Positions 30,620 to 46,784 of a stretch of DNA of 64,000 bases are shown piece after piece. This stretch comes from the human T2T-CHM13v2.0 reference genome, Homo sapiens, in NCBI RefSeq assembly GCF_009914755.1, contig NC_060944.1; one strand, written 5' to 3'. The notes below the pieces were generated by a model. The model was given only the letters and a program-made list of their open reading frames with translations. It was not told the origin of the DNA and did no database searches. The number at the start of each line of letters is the position of its first letter. Position 1 is the first letter of the stretch. Position numbers and translations under genes: made by a program.

Positions 30620-31175
30620 GGATTGTCACCCTTTAGTTAACAGCAGCTGCCTCTGGAAATGAGATTGAAGATGGGCTGGAGGGAAAGCTTTTACTTTTTA
30701 TTTGACATTCTTCTGTAAGTTGGAATTATTTGATACACTTTATGCAACCAATACCAGTATGTGGCGTGTTTGGGGGTTTTTTAACCAGCTCTGGAAGAGC
30801 AGAGGAGAGGGAGCTTGGTGGCACAGCAGCAGCAGCAGCAGGAGCTCTGGAAAGGGCAGGACCTTGTGCGCTGCCCTGATTTGCTCTGTGCACTTGGGCC
30901 AGCTACCTCCCCTATCTGGACCAGGGCCAGACACATGCTGCTATGTGTGTTGGTGGAGGTGGGGTGTGTGGCCATGCAGGGCTCCTCCGGAGCACAGCAG
31001 AGCAGCCGGTGTTTAAGGCACCAGAATTACCAGAAAGTTGTTGACATTTTAATGGAAAGGCAATGGAGGAAGCAGTGTGAAAGTCAGCCTGCTCAGGAGG
31101 GGTCACTGGGCAGAGCTTTCCTTACCTGTCCAGGGGTCCAGGCCCTGCCTGTGCCCTGAGTTAGAACCCAGGGCC

Positions 31176-31853
<678 letters not shown>

Positions 31854-32124
31854 TCAGCGGAGGGAATCAGGGAAGGCTGTGTAGGAGTCAGCACTTAAGC
31901 TGGACCTTGAGAGAGTGCGGCAGTTCCAGTGTTGAAAGGGACTTCAGAAACCGTCCCTCCAGCAGGACACACCATCCGTCACCAATTCACATGAGGCTCA
32001 GGGAGCTGAAGTCAGTTGCCCATGGTCACATAACAAGTTGTGCTTTAAAAAATTCAGAGAGTCCCCCAGGCAGGGCCCATCCAGGAGCCAGTGTGTGCAG
32101 CCAGCTTGGTAATTCAGGTCCAGT

Positions 32125-32138
32125 GGTTAATTAGTAAC
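32125..32138 (+). promoter_or_regulatory. HNF1A/B site in the putative distal SGK2 promoter
   Basis: GGTTAATTAGTAAC, one mismatch to the HNF1 consensus GGTTAATNATTAAC; fits the known liver/kidney/pancreas expression of SGK2. Confidence 0.65.
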
Positions 32139-32174
32139 TGGAAGGCCCCGAAGCCAGCTTCCAGCAGGCAGGGC

Positions 32175-32361
32175 TGGGAGGTTGAACTTGAGCCGGTTTG
32201 GGAGCCAGGAGCGAGTGGGTGACAGGTCATTCCTGACTGGGAAGGTTGCTTGACAAGTCAGGATTGTGCCTCCAGTCAGAAGGACCATGAAGAGAGAGAA
32301 GAGGGCAGAGCCGTGCATGGGGCTGCTCCCCAGGACCTGAGCAGGAACCTGGAGTTTTCAG
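32175..32361 (+). other. SGK2: Putative non-coding first exon of SGK2 (5' end approximate)
   Basis: Strong donor CAG|GTGAGA at 32361/2 downstream of the HNF1 site; can splice to acceptor 39675. Confidence 0.6.
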
Positions 32362-33418
32362 GTGAGAGGCTCACCTGTGAGCAGGATACCTGCCTGCTCG
32401 CCTATTGGTCTCCAGATTGACTAGTTACCTAGCTAACATCTTTCCTAGTACCTGTTTACTTTCTTTCCTTCCTTTCTTCCTTGGCGACTTCTTTCCCTTC
32501 TCCCTCCTTCCTTTCCTTCCTTCCCTCCCAACTATCTGCTTTCTCAGCTGCCTAATTTTCTTCCTCCTTAACTAACCAACTTACATCCTCACTTCCTTCC
32601 CACTGACTTCATTTTTTCCTTTTCTAGCTTTCTATTGTCTTCCTGAAATTCCAGGCCGTGGGCTTTGCAGTCAGATGGCCTGGGTTCAAATCCTGGTTAT
32701 GTCATTTATTAACTGTCTTGATCATGTCACTTCCCTGTCCTTGCCTCAGTTTTTTCCTCCTTGAAACAGGGACGATGATAGTTCCTAACCCGTGGGGTTG
32801 TGGGAACAAAATAAGATCAAGTTGGCACTTGAACTGGGCAGGCGTGTAAATGAACAAGTTACAGTGAAGACAGGGACAGCAGCAGGAGAGGGTGCATGGG
32901 ATCGGAGGGTCATCTGGCTTCCAGGAAAGGCAATGAGAACAGGTGAAAAGGTGAGCTGGAAAGACCAGGTTTGTTGGGGAATGTTCCAAGGAGAGAGAAC
33001 TGTGTGACACTGTCCCACCCCCACACCCCATTTGGCAGGGCCAGGGAGCTGTAAGCAGGTCCATGTAACAGTGGGACAGAGGGAGGCAAGTCTGGGCTGT
33101 GGCAAGTTAGGAAAGGGACAGGCTTGAGGACTCATGGAGGGGCTTGAGTGGGAGTTTGCGGAGTCTGAAGAGTTAGGAGAATATATTGATGTCCAGCTTC
33201 TGGCCAGAAAATTAGAACACCGTGGTGCGAGAGAGAAGAAAGCCTTAGGAACTGAGGGCTGCTTAGGCATGGGGGTCACAGTCAAGGTGATGGGGGAGGG
33301 TGTGATGGGCCATGGGCATGCCAGGTTCCCACCAGGAACTCAGTACTTGAATATTAACTCAACAGCAATATCTTGAGAAGCTTTACACAATAGTACAAAG
33401 ATAAAAGTTAAAATAACC

Positions 33419-33831
<413 letters not shown>

Positions 33832-33979
33832 TTACAAAATTGGTACCCCTACAACACCTACTATTTTGAAACTTGGTTTTTTGCTTGATATTGTATCACA
33901 TGTATGTTCCTGTTTTGGTTTATATAGGTTTTATATAGTTTTTGGTTGTGTAATTTTCCACTTTATATATGTACCAACA

Positions 33980-36820
<2,841 letters not shown>

Positions 36821-37671
36821 GTATATGGTCAAGAGAGGGAGCTCTTGCAGCTGGCAAGTGTTCTGAAGTGCTCTGTGGTGGGACACTTAGGTTACTATTA
36901 GCACAATTATTTTGCTGTTATAAATAGTGCTGCTGAATGAAGGCCACATCAGGATCTTGTTTTTGAAAATAAATGTCCTTGTTCTGGGTATGTGTTTTGT
37001 CAACATGACATCCTGCTGATCATGAATTGGTTCCACATTTCTATTTTGTTCAAGATGGAAGGCTTTGATACTGTGCACTCAGGTTTTCTCTGGTCAACAC
37101 TTCCAGATCCTCCGCATTTCAGAACCCACAGAGAACCCCTGAGGCCCCTGGGCTCAGTTCCCTCCCTGACCAACTTTCTGGGCCCTAGCCCCATGTGTCC
37201 CTCCCCTGTAGTATACTGTAGCCACACAGAAAGTTTGAGAAGGGCAGGGGCTGTGGGCCCATCAACTCCTTTATTCTTGAGAACATCTGCCTACCCCTCG
37301 GGATCCTGGGGAGAGGAAGGGACCCTGTGAGAACCTAATGACCGCCCCAGGCAGCAAGGCCTTCATGAGCCAGGGTGCTCTCTGGGACCGTTTCTTACGC
37401 AGCAGGAGAGTCGTGGGCCAACCAGGCCTGCCCTGAGGACTGGGCCAGAGCCCTTGAGGGGCCCGCAGGGAAAGGCCAAAAGGACCAAGTGCTCATTAAA
37501 GACCAAGGCAGGCTGGACTGAGCTAGACACCCAGGCTCCAGGTTCCTTCCTCTGAAACATCTGCAGGTTTTTGGGAGGCGAAGGGCTCTCAGCTGCCATG
37601 GCTGATGTCTGGGGACTTTTTCTTCAGCTCCAGATGGTCTACACAGGGTTCGTATACACAGGCCCCCTAGC

Positions 37672-38160
37672 CGCACGCATGCGTGCATGCACGCGCGCAC
37701 ACACATACACACACACACCCCAGAGTAAATTCACTGATATACACCACTATGAACACACACAATGACTTACCTATACACACATATTAATAGACACCCATAC
37801 TGCTCTTAACACACACCTTCAGACATCCACACAGACTCACACTCACCCACATACACACACACTGACACAGCATATTCACATACAAAGATACACACTGATA
37901 TGTACCACACAGAGACACGCTGAAACACATCCATATGCACACCACACACACTGAGATACAGTGACACACACAGTCACAGATGCACAGACATATGCTGATG
38001 TAAATGTACAAATGTGGTCACACTGACACATACATGCAATCATCTACGCAGACTCATAGAAACCGACACAAATACCTGAAATACACAGCCACAGACAGAC
38101 ACACACGGAAGCACTCTATGCACAAAACACTCACACAGTACACACCATGCTGCACATACC
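37672..38160. repeat. Degenerate (CA)n-rich tract starting with a 47-nt alternating purine-pyrimidine run
   Basis: Direct reading. Confidence 0.88.
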
Positions 38161-38309
38161 CTGACCCAAACAGTCTAACAAGCCCTGAGGGTCTCCAGGG
38201 CTGCCCTGGGGCTATTGCCCACCCCTCCCACCGTCCCCGCTAGGGTGAGATGGTGTTCCCCAGGGAACAGAAGTCTCCAGTCCCATCTTAAGCTCTGCCG
38301 GATCCCGCG

Positions 38310-38488
38310 TGACATCAGCTAGCCCCCTCGCGGCTGCCGGGAGCTGTGAGCTCTGTGCTGGGGCCAGGCCGGCACCAGGCACAGACACTTAGGCCCTTGT
38401 TGGGAGAACAGAGAGAGGCTCTCTTGTCCACTGCCTGTCTTCGGTTCCAACTGCTGGTTCTCCTAGAGGCCTCTCCTCAGACTCGCAG
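38310..38488 (+). other. SGK2: Second candidate non-coding 5' exon of SGK2 (5' end approximate)
   Basis: Strong donor CAG|GTATGT at 38488/9; local CpG enrichment and CRE-like CGTGACATCA near 38308-38317; Alu-free surroundings. Confidence 0.45.
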
Positions 38489-39517
38489 GTATGTGGGACC
38501 AGGGAGGCCGGGTCCTGGCCAAAGGGCCACTGGGGTCAGCCCAGGAGAGGGTGTGGCAGTGTTGTGGGCCGTTTGCAGGAGCACACACGTCTGGCATTGG
38601 CTAGGGGCAGGCTGCGCTTCCTTAGCAGTTCTGCAGCTTGCTCTTAAGGCTTGGCAGGGCTGGGCCTCTCAGGGAAGCCTGGGCTGGGGGATCCTCTCAG
38701 TTCCCCTTCACTTTCTCTGTTCCCAAGAAGGCCATGAGGTTGGTGCCTCCAGGACCCCCCCTTGTAAAGATAGGAAATCTCTACTCAGAGAGGCTGGGCT
38801 GCAGCCCAGGCCCCACAGTGGGCCAAGACTAAGGTCTTGAGATGCGCGGCAACTGGGCTTTCAGGTGAGATCTCTGCTCTCAGCCTTTGCCAAGCAAGGA
38901 TGAGACTGTGGGGCCCCAAGCAATCTGTGGCAGGGCCTGGGCACCCTGGCCCCGTCTCCCCTGCAGGGTGGAAGCAAGGAAGACACTATTCCTGGCCACA
39001 TAGATCAGCTGGTCACACCTTCTGTTGTTTGGCCCCGAATAGATATTGGCCAGTCTTGGGTCTCTCTGTGGCCCCAGCCCAAGGCTTCCAGGGCAGCTGC
39101 CTTTCCTGAGGCATTGGGCAGAATTCCTTGTGGCAAGGAGATCGTAGCACAGAGCCCAGCTGGGACTGCGCACAGTAATTCAGGGTTGCCATTGTTCCTC
39201 TATGGGAGTCCGGAGAGCCCAGCCTGTGCTTCACAAGGCTATGTGGCCCTAGGAAGGTCCTTTTTTAGGCCACAGGCCTTCCATCTGTGAAATGGGGGAT
39301 GGGTTCAGACTTTATGCCCTGAAAAGATCCTTCCAGCCCTGGCCATCTTGGACTTCTGGAGCTACCCTGGCTCACAGGGGTCTTGTTGCCCTGGGTGTCC
39401 CCAGTTCTTGAAAAGAATCAGCCTGGGAGGGGCCACACCCTGACCATCCCCCTTTATCCCTTCTGAGATGTTTGTTAGGAAGTCTGGGTCCAGGGGATAT
39501 CATTTCTTGTTCCATCC

Positions 39518-39733
39518 ATGCAGGGGTTGCTTACCTCGGGTAGGAAACCCTCAGGCGGTGGCAGGTGCACAGGTAGGGGAGGATGGAGAGGGCAGTGGTG
39601 CCTGAAGCCCTGGATGGGCGGAGCTGACCCCCCAACACCAACTCTCTCATGCCTGCTCCTCCCTGTCCCCCCAGAGCTGCCTGATCATTGCTACAGAATG
39701 AACTCTAGCCCAGCTGGGACCCCAAGTCCACAG
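39518..39733 (+). CDS. SGK2: SGK2 first coding exon: long (beta) start ATG 39518 adds 60 aa; short (alpha) start ATG 39698 gives MNSSPAGTPSPQ; internal acceptor at 39675
   Basis: Open frame MQGLLTSG...DHCYRMNSSPAGTPSPQ; CAG|GTGAGT donor; ccctgtccccccag acceptor upstream of the second ATG. Confidence 0.9.
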
Positions 39734-40269
39734 GTGAGTGGTTCTTGGTCCCCCACCCATCATCGGGGGCTCACTTCTTCCCGAGGCTAAGGAAATCTGT
39801 GGGTCCCAGACAATGTCAGGGGCTGAGAGGGTTACTGCGAGCACATAGAAATGAGCCACTTGCAGGGTGAATAGAGTAGAGATTTGAAATAGGGCTTCAA
39901 GATGAACTGGAAAAATCATGAGATTTGTCATGGAGACACCTGGGTCGTATCCCAACCTGGTTGCCTGTGAGACCCTGGGCAACTCCTCTCTGGGCCTCAG
40001 TTTCCTCGCCTATTCAATTAGCACAACAGCCAGCTGCCTCCCAAGGCTGTTTTGAGAAGTGGGTAAGATGGTGGATAAGTGGATTTGTGGGTGGGTAGAA
40101 GGAGGGAGGGAGGGAGGGAGGCGGGCAGGCGGGCAGGTGAAAAAAAAAGAAAAGAAAAAGGCAGGCAGGCCTAGTAGAGTTGTTGGAGAAGGGATCAGGG
40201 CCTGGGCCAGGAGAAAGGGAGGTAGCCAAGGAGTAGGGATCTGCTGATCATAATCACTTCTTTCTTTAG

Positions 40270-40319
40270 CCCTCCAGGGCCAATGGGAACATCAACCTGG
40301 GGCCTTCAGCCAACCCAAA
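40270..40319 (+). CDS. SGK2: SGK2 exon (PSRANGNINLGPSANP)
   Basis: tttctttag acceptor, AAA|GTGAGT donor, 50 nt; SGK-family INLGPS motif. Confidence 0.95.
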
Positions 40320-40866
40320 GTGAGTTCTGGTCCCTCAAGCACCTTTCCTACTTGACTCCCCTCATACCTGGCTCCCCTTGCCTTGGGAATAAAATCCAGA
40401 TTCTCTGGTCTAGCATTCAAGACTGTCTGCCATCTGGGCCCAGGACCTTTCCCCAGCTCTATCTCCCACAAATTCCCCAGCCTCTGCCCATGCTGAACCC
40501 TCTTCCTGCAATGCCACCTAAATGTCTGCATTGTTAGCAACTCCCCACACTTCAGGCCCTTCTGAGGGGCTTTGGGTACCAGAACCCTGCCTTCTATGCA
40601 GGCCTTCTGTGCAGTATGTCTGGTTTTATCTCTACCCTCTGCCTGTTGTTTAACTTGAATTTGAGTTCCCCTGGGGCCAGGGTGAATCTTACAAGCCCTC
40701 TTTCGGCTGGGAGAACATGGGGTTCTTCGGGGGTGAGGAGGCATGGCTCCTGGAAGGCTCTCTGTATTTCCCCATTCTAAAGTTAAAAAGAAGCCCAGGT
40801 TTGTTCTCAGGCACCAGGTTTCCAGACATTGCAAATGCTGATCCGTGTTTTTCCCTCTTCCCCCAG

Positions 40867-40924
40867 TGCCCAGCCCACGGACTTCGACTTCCTCAAAGTC
40901 ATCGGCAAAGGGAACTACGGGAAG
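40867..40924 (+). CDS. SGK2: SGK2 exon, glycine-rich loop (AQPTDFDFLKVIGKGNYGK)
   Basis: ctcttcccccag acceptor, AAG|GTGAGT donor, 58 nt; GxGxxG. Confidence 0.96.
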
Positions 40925-41117
40925 GTGAGTGACTTGGTGAGGGTGGGAAGCCTGGGTCTTCCCTTCTGCAGCCTCTTCCAGCCCCTGCTGCCACTTGTAT
41001 GTATGAAGAGAGAGCACTCGCACCTGCAGACAAAAGCAGGGGCAGGCGGGAGGCCTTGTACTGCTGTTGGGAAGTCCAAAGTCACCTACAGGGCCTCAAA
41101 TTCATGTTTCTTCTCAG

Positions 41118-41201
41118 GTCCTACTGGCCAAGCGCAAGTCTGATGGGGCGTTCTATGCAGTGAAGGTACTACAGAAAAAGTCCATCTTAAAGAAGAAAGA
41201 G
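41118..41201 (+). CDS. SGK2: SGK2 exon with ATP-binding lysine ([28 protein letters not shown])
   Basis: ttctcag acceptor, GAG|GTACCA donor, 84 nt; YAVK motif. Confidence 0.96.
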
Positions 41202-41556
41202 GTACCAGAGCTCGGGCACAGGCATTTCTTCTTCTGCTTCTCAAGCCGCAGCCTAGGGTGGCTTTCAAAGATGGGTCCCACCTCTGACAGGTCCATGGGC
41301 CTGGGTGCAGAAGTGGTCACAACAAAGGGTAGAGGGGAGGTGGTACGCAGGATGCTGGCCCTTCTCAAAGAAAGCAGGCCAAGCCATCTCACCACAGGGC
41401 TTTCAGGAAAACCAGCCTGGCTTTGCCTTCCCCTGGGAAACACAGGCTCCACGATGGACAAGTCTTCTGCCTGCTCCAAGTGCCAGGCTCCCCATCTGTA
41501 TAATGTGGAGCCCCACTTTATTCTCTCTGAAGACCCTTCATGCCATCAGGCCATAT

Positions 41557-41972
41557 GGCTGGAGTGCAGTAGTGCAATCACAGCTCACTGCAGCCTCAAA
41601 CTCCTGGGCTTAAGCAATCCTCCCGCCTCAGCCTCCCAAAGTGCTGGGGTTAGAGGCATGAGCTACATGCACAGCACATCATGGACTTCTTTTTTTGTTG
41701 TTGAGACAGAGTCTTGCTCTGTCACCCAGGCTGGAGTGCAATGGCACCATCTCAGCTCACTGCAACCTCCGCCTCCTGAGTTCAAGTGATCTCATGCCTC
41801 AGCCTCCCCAGTAGCTGAGACTAAAGGCACCCGCCACCACTCCTGGCTAATTTTTGTATTTTTAGTAGAGATGGGGTTTTGCCATGTTGGTCAGGCTCCT
41901 GGCCTCAAGAGATCCGCTGGCCTCAGCCTCCCAAAGTGCTGGGATTACAGGCATGAGCTACCACACTCAGCC
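41557..41972 (-). mobile_element. Alu monomer fragment plus an Alu
   Basis: ggctggagtgcagtagtgcaatc (FLAM/J-like) followed by gagacagagtcttgctct dimer. Confidence 0.85.
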
Positions 41973-42586
41973 CCATCATGGATTTCTTGATGCCTCAGCT
42001 GACCTGAGTTCCTTTAACACCTGACTCCATTAGTAGGCCAGAGCAGGCCCAGAGAGAGGATTGCATAGGAGGTTGGGGGACTCAGAGAAAAGAGAGATTA
42101 ATGTTAACAAGGTCTCCGTGGGGGGTGGAATGGGAGGTCTTCCTGAGGGAGGCAGCGGTGCAGCTGGCCTTGATGGTGGGATTCTGATGGTCTGAAAAGA
42201 GGGTGCGACATCCAGGAAGAGGAAATAGCATGAGCAAATACATGAATATGGATAGTGTGTGGCTTCTTTCCCTTAGGAACTCAGTTATGTAGGCATCACA
42301 CATGCTTTGCTTTTCACTCCAAGGGCAAGAAGCTCTGATACAGGGGCTAGAGCTGTGCCCACATGAACTAGCTTAGGATGAGGCTGACCACCCTGAGCCC
42401 TGAATACTAAGGAAGGAACTTGGGCCTGGCTCTAAGGGCAATAGGGAGCCATTGTGGGTGTTTGAGCAGGGGCATGAGAAAGTCCTGGGTAGGATGACCC
42501 CCACCCACAAGCTTATATGGGCTGAGCCGGGATAAAAGAGGCTGTTGTGGGCTGTGACATGGACCCCTCTCTTTGTGACTCCACAG

Positions 42587-42718
42587 CAGAGCCACATCAT
42601 GGCAGAGCGCAGTGTGCTTCTGAAGAACGTGCGGCACCCCTTCCTCGTGGGCCTGCGCTACTCCTTCCAGACACCTGAGAAGCTCTACTTCGTGCTCGAC
42701 TATGTCAACGGGGGAGAG
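42587..42718 (+). CDS. SGK2: SGK2 exon, alphaC to hinge ([44 protein letters not shown])
   Basis: ccacag acceptor (NAGNAG), GAG|GTGGGT donor, 132 nt. Confidence 0.96.
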
Positions 42719-43818
42719 GTGGGTGGGCCCACAGGGAGGCTTCCCTGGGCTGGCTCTCGGCTGGGAGCTGTCCATCCCACATGCCCACTGCATGCCAAGT
42801 TCTGGAATGATCTCACTTCATCTTACAATAGACCCATTTTGTAGCTAAAGAAACTGAGGTTCAGGGAGGTAATCATTTGCTCAAGGCCACCCAGCGCATA
42901 CCTGGTAGAGTCAGGACTTGAATTCAGGTCTGTTAGACTCCCCACCATAATGCTTTCTTGCCTTCCTCATTCAGAGTTGCCCATAGACGCACTTTGATAG
43001 GCCCGGGAAAGGTCAATGCTAAGAGGAGCTCGTGGTCAAGGTTTCTAGTGCTCCCATAGGCCACAGGGTGGGATTGACTGGTCACTGTGGTAAACAGAGA
43101 CCTCAAGGCCACCTGGTGACCCAGAAGCACAGCTGGGACAAGCAGAGCTCCCTCCTGGGCTTCACTCTGTCTCTCTGGTCAAGATGCAAAATGTAGTGGA
43201 GCTCCAGTCAGTGACCCCAGATTTAACCTGCGTGATCTCTTGCCTTTGAGAATGATGCTAAGAGGGGGGTTTTTGTCCTGCATCCCTAAGTGAAGGGCTT
43301 TCCATGCCAGCAAAATAGTCCAAAAACATTGGCCCATGGGTGGATCTAACCTGAGCTCAGTCTGACAGCCGTATCATCATATCGCCTGGATTGATGGAAA
43401 AGCATAATCTTTGAACCACGCAGGTTCAAATGCCAGCTCTGCCAATTATAAGCTACATGACCTTGGGCAAGTCGCCTAACCATTCTGACCCCTCCTAGCT
43501 TCCTCTTACATGAAACTAGCATGACACTTGTACCTTGAAGGTTGTCATGAGGATTAAATAAGAGATGTGGAAGGGCCTGACTTGGAACCTGGAACACAGG
43601 AGGTGCTTAAGCAATGCTAACTCATCTCTTCTTCTGCTGACTCTTTGGACACCCGGGACTGCTGTGTGGGGCAGGGGCCAGCATGCACTCTTTTGGTAGG
43701 AAGAATGCTGCAGGTCAGAGAGGGAGTGAGCTCGCAGCCGCACAGGGCGGGGAGCAGGTGCACCCTAGCCCTACAGCAGCCACCCAATAACTCCTGTCAC
43801 ACTCCTCCTCCCCTCCAG

Positions 43819-43931
43819 CTCTTCTTCCACCTGCAGCGGGAGCGCCGGTTCCTGGAGCCCCGGGCCAGGTTCTACGCTGCTGAGGTGGCCAGCGCCATTG
43901 GCTACCTGCACTCCCTCAACATCATTTACAG
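43819..43931 (+). CDS. SGK2: SGK2 exon ([38 protein letters not shown])
   Basis: cccctccag acceptor, CAG|GTGAGG donor, 113 nt. Confidence 0.96.
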
Positions 43932-44225
43932 GTGAGGCCTGCCTGTGGCTCAGAGCCAGGACCAAGCCCTTCTTGCTCCAACAGCTAGGGGTTGTGTGGA
44001 CACTAAATCCTGATGAAATCCTGGTGGACTTGGTCCTTTGTTTTGGGTGGGGTTGGAGTCTCCTCCTCCGAGGTCCAAGTGCCCAGCCTTTCTGGGCTCT
44101 CCTTCTGCATCTCTGGCAACCTCCATGAATAGTTCTCCTGCCAGGACCACCCCCCGCCCAGGTCTCCAACTCTCCTCACTAAATGGCTGAGACACCTCAA
44201 GGCTGTTTTCTCTTATTTTCTGCAG

Positions 44226-44262
44226 GGATCTGAAACCAGAGAACATTCTCTTGGACTGCCAG
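44226..44262 (+). CDS. SGK2: SGK2 37-nt catalytic-loop exon (DLKPENILLDCQ)
   Basis: ttttctgcag acceptor, CAG|GTTGGT donor; completes YRDLKPEN. Confidence 0.95.
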
Positions 44263-44265
44263 GTT

Positions 44266-44266
<1 letters not shown>

Positions 44267-44309
<43 letters not shown>

Positions 44310-44485
44310 GTTGCACAGGTACACTATCTGACCATGAGTCTGTGTACATGGGTGTGCATGCATTGTACATGTATGCATATAGGTAGAGGAGGCATTTGAG
44401 CATATGTGTGTGTGCCCATGCACATGTACACACATACATATGTGCACATGAGACTGTACATGTATATGTGTGCATGCATGTACAT
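44267..44485 (+). repeat. (GT)19 microsatellite followed by degenerate TG/CA/TA alternating sequence
   Basis: 44267-44304 pure GT; then catg/tgca/taca-rich tract. Confidence 0.92.
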
Positions 44486-45087
44486 AGGGGGCAGGGGTGG
44501 AGCCAGGTGGAGGCTGGTGGAGTTTGTCTTAGACTGGGCTCCATGGAAACAGACTCTGAGATGGAGAGGAGGCAGAAGCTTTATTGGGGAACATTCTCAA
44601 GAGATAACACTTTTAAAGGGGTAAAAAAACAGGATTGGGCAAAGGAAGAAGCTCACCTGCATTGTAGTTACCAGTGGGGCCTCAGCTGATCTTGCCGGCA
44701 GGGGGAGGGCCTGAGCTGGGGTGGGTCTCTAGGATTGTCCCAAAATGAGACAAAGAGGATGGGCCTTTGTGCCCCTGGACATGGATTGCTCCTAGGGACG
44801 GGGCATAACTTTGGGTGCGGGCAATGTTCTAGCAGCAGGGGGATGGGGATAGGCATGGTTCTTCTGTAGCCTGGTTTCAGAAGAGGGATCCAGGCAGAAC
44901 CCCACAGTATCTACTCATTCTACCTTCCTGCCCAGCTGCCACAAGGTGTGATTGCTTTCTGAGTCCCCAGCCTCTGTCTAGGGGTTTTCTGTCCACAAGC
45001 TGCCACTGTCGTAGGGGTGGGTCTGAGTTTGTGATGAGCTGTGGGCAAACAGTGGAATGCCCACCCGGCCCCCTGTGCTGCTCCTGA

Positions 45088-45372
<285 letters not shown>

Positions 45373-45559
45373 TGAGTGGGTGAGGCCACAGCTCCTGATT
45401 AGAGCCAACAGGTTACAGTGAAGGGGACTCACTCCTTTGACCCAAACACTTCTCCTGAGTGGGCTATACACTGAACTGTGGTTTCCTCATCTATGTAATG
45501 GGGGTACCAGCTCTAGGACTGCTGAGACCCAGCCAGCTAGCTGCTGGTGAAGCTCTACT

Positions 45560-46201
<642 letters not shown>

Positions 46202-46408
46202 ATCTGCAGGGTGAAGGCCACGTGCAACAAGAGGGCCTGGCCTGAGTGTTAAGACCTGGGCTGGCAAGTGTAAACCACAGGTCCGTGTCCATCTTCCAGC
46301 TGCCAAGAGCCTGGAGGGTTACAATTTGCAGATCTCAGCAGTCATTCAGACATGTCTATATGTCCTGCCAAGGTCTCTCTGCAGCCCTGAAGTTAAAACC
46401 TTTCTTTG

Positions 46409-46784
<376 letters not shown>

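Noticed and set aside
30824-30841. (CAG)6 giving a polyQ ORF
   Set aside because: Too short, intergenic, no splice or coding support
40292-41023. 243-aa antisense ORF overlapping SGK2 exons
   Set aside because: Starts at GTG, has no recognisable domain and lies in GC-rich intron; no support for coding
41067-41789. 240-aa ORF containing YAVK
   Set aside because: An 84-nt SGK2 exon plus chance read-through into intron and Alu; not a separate kinase
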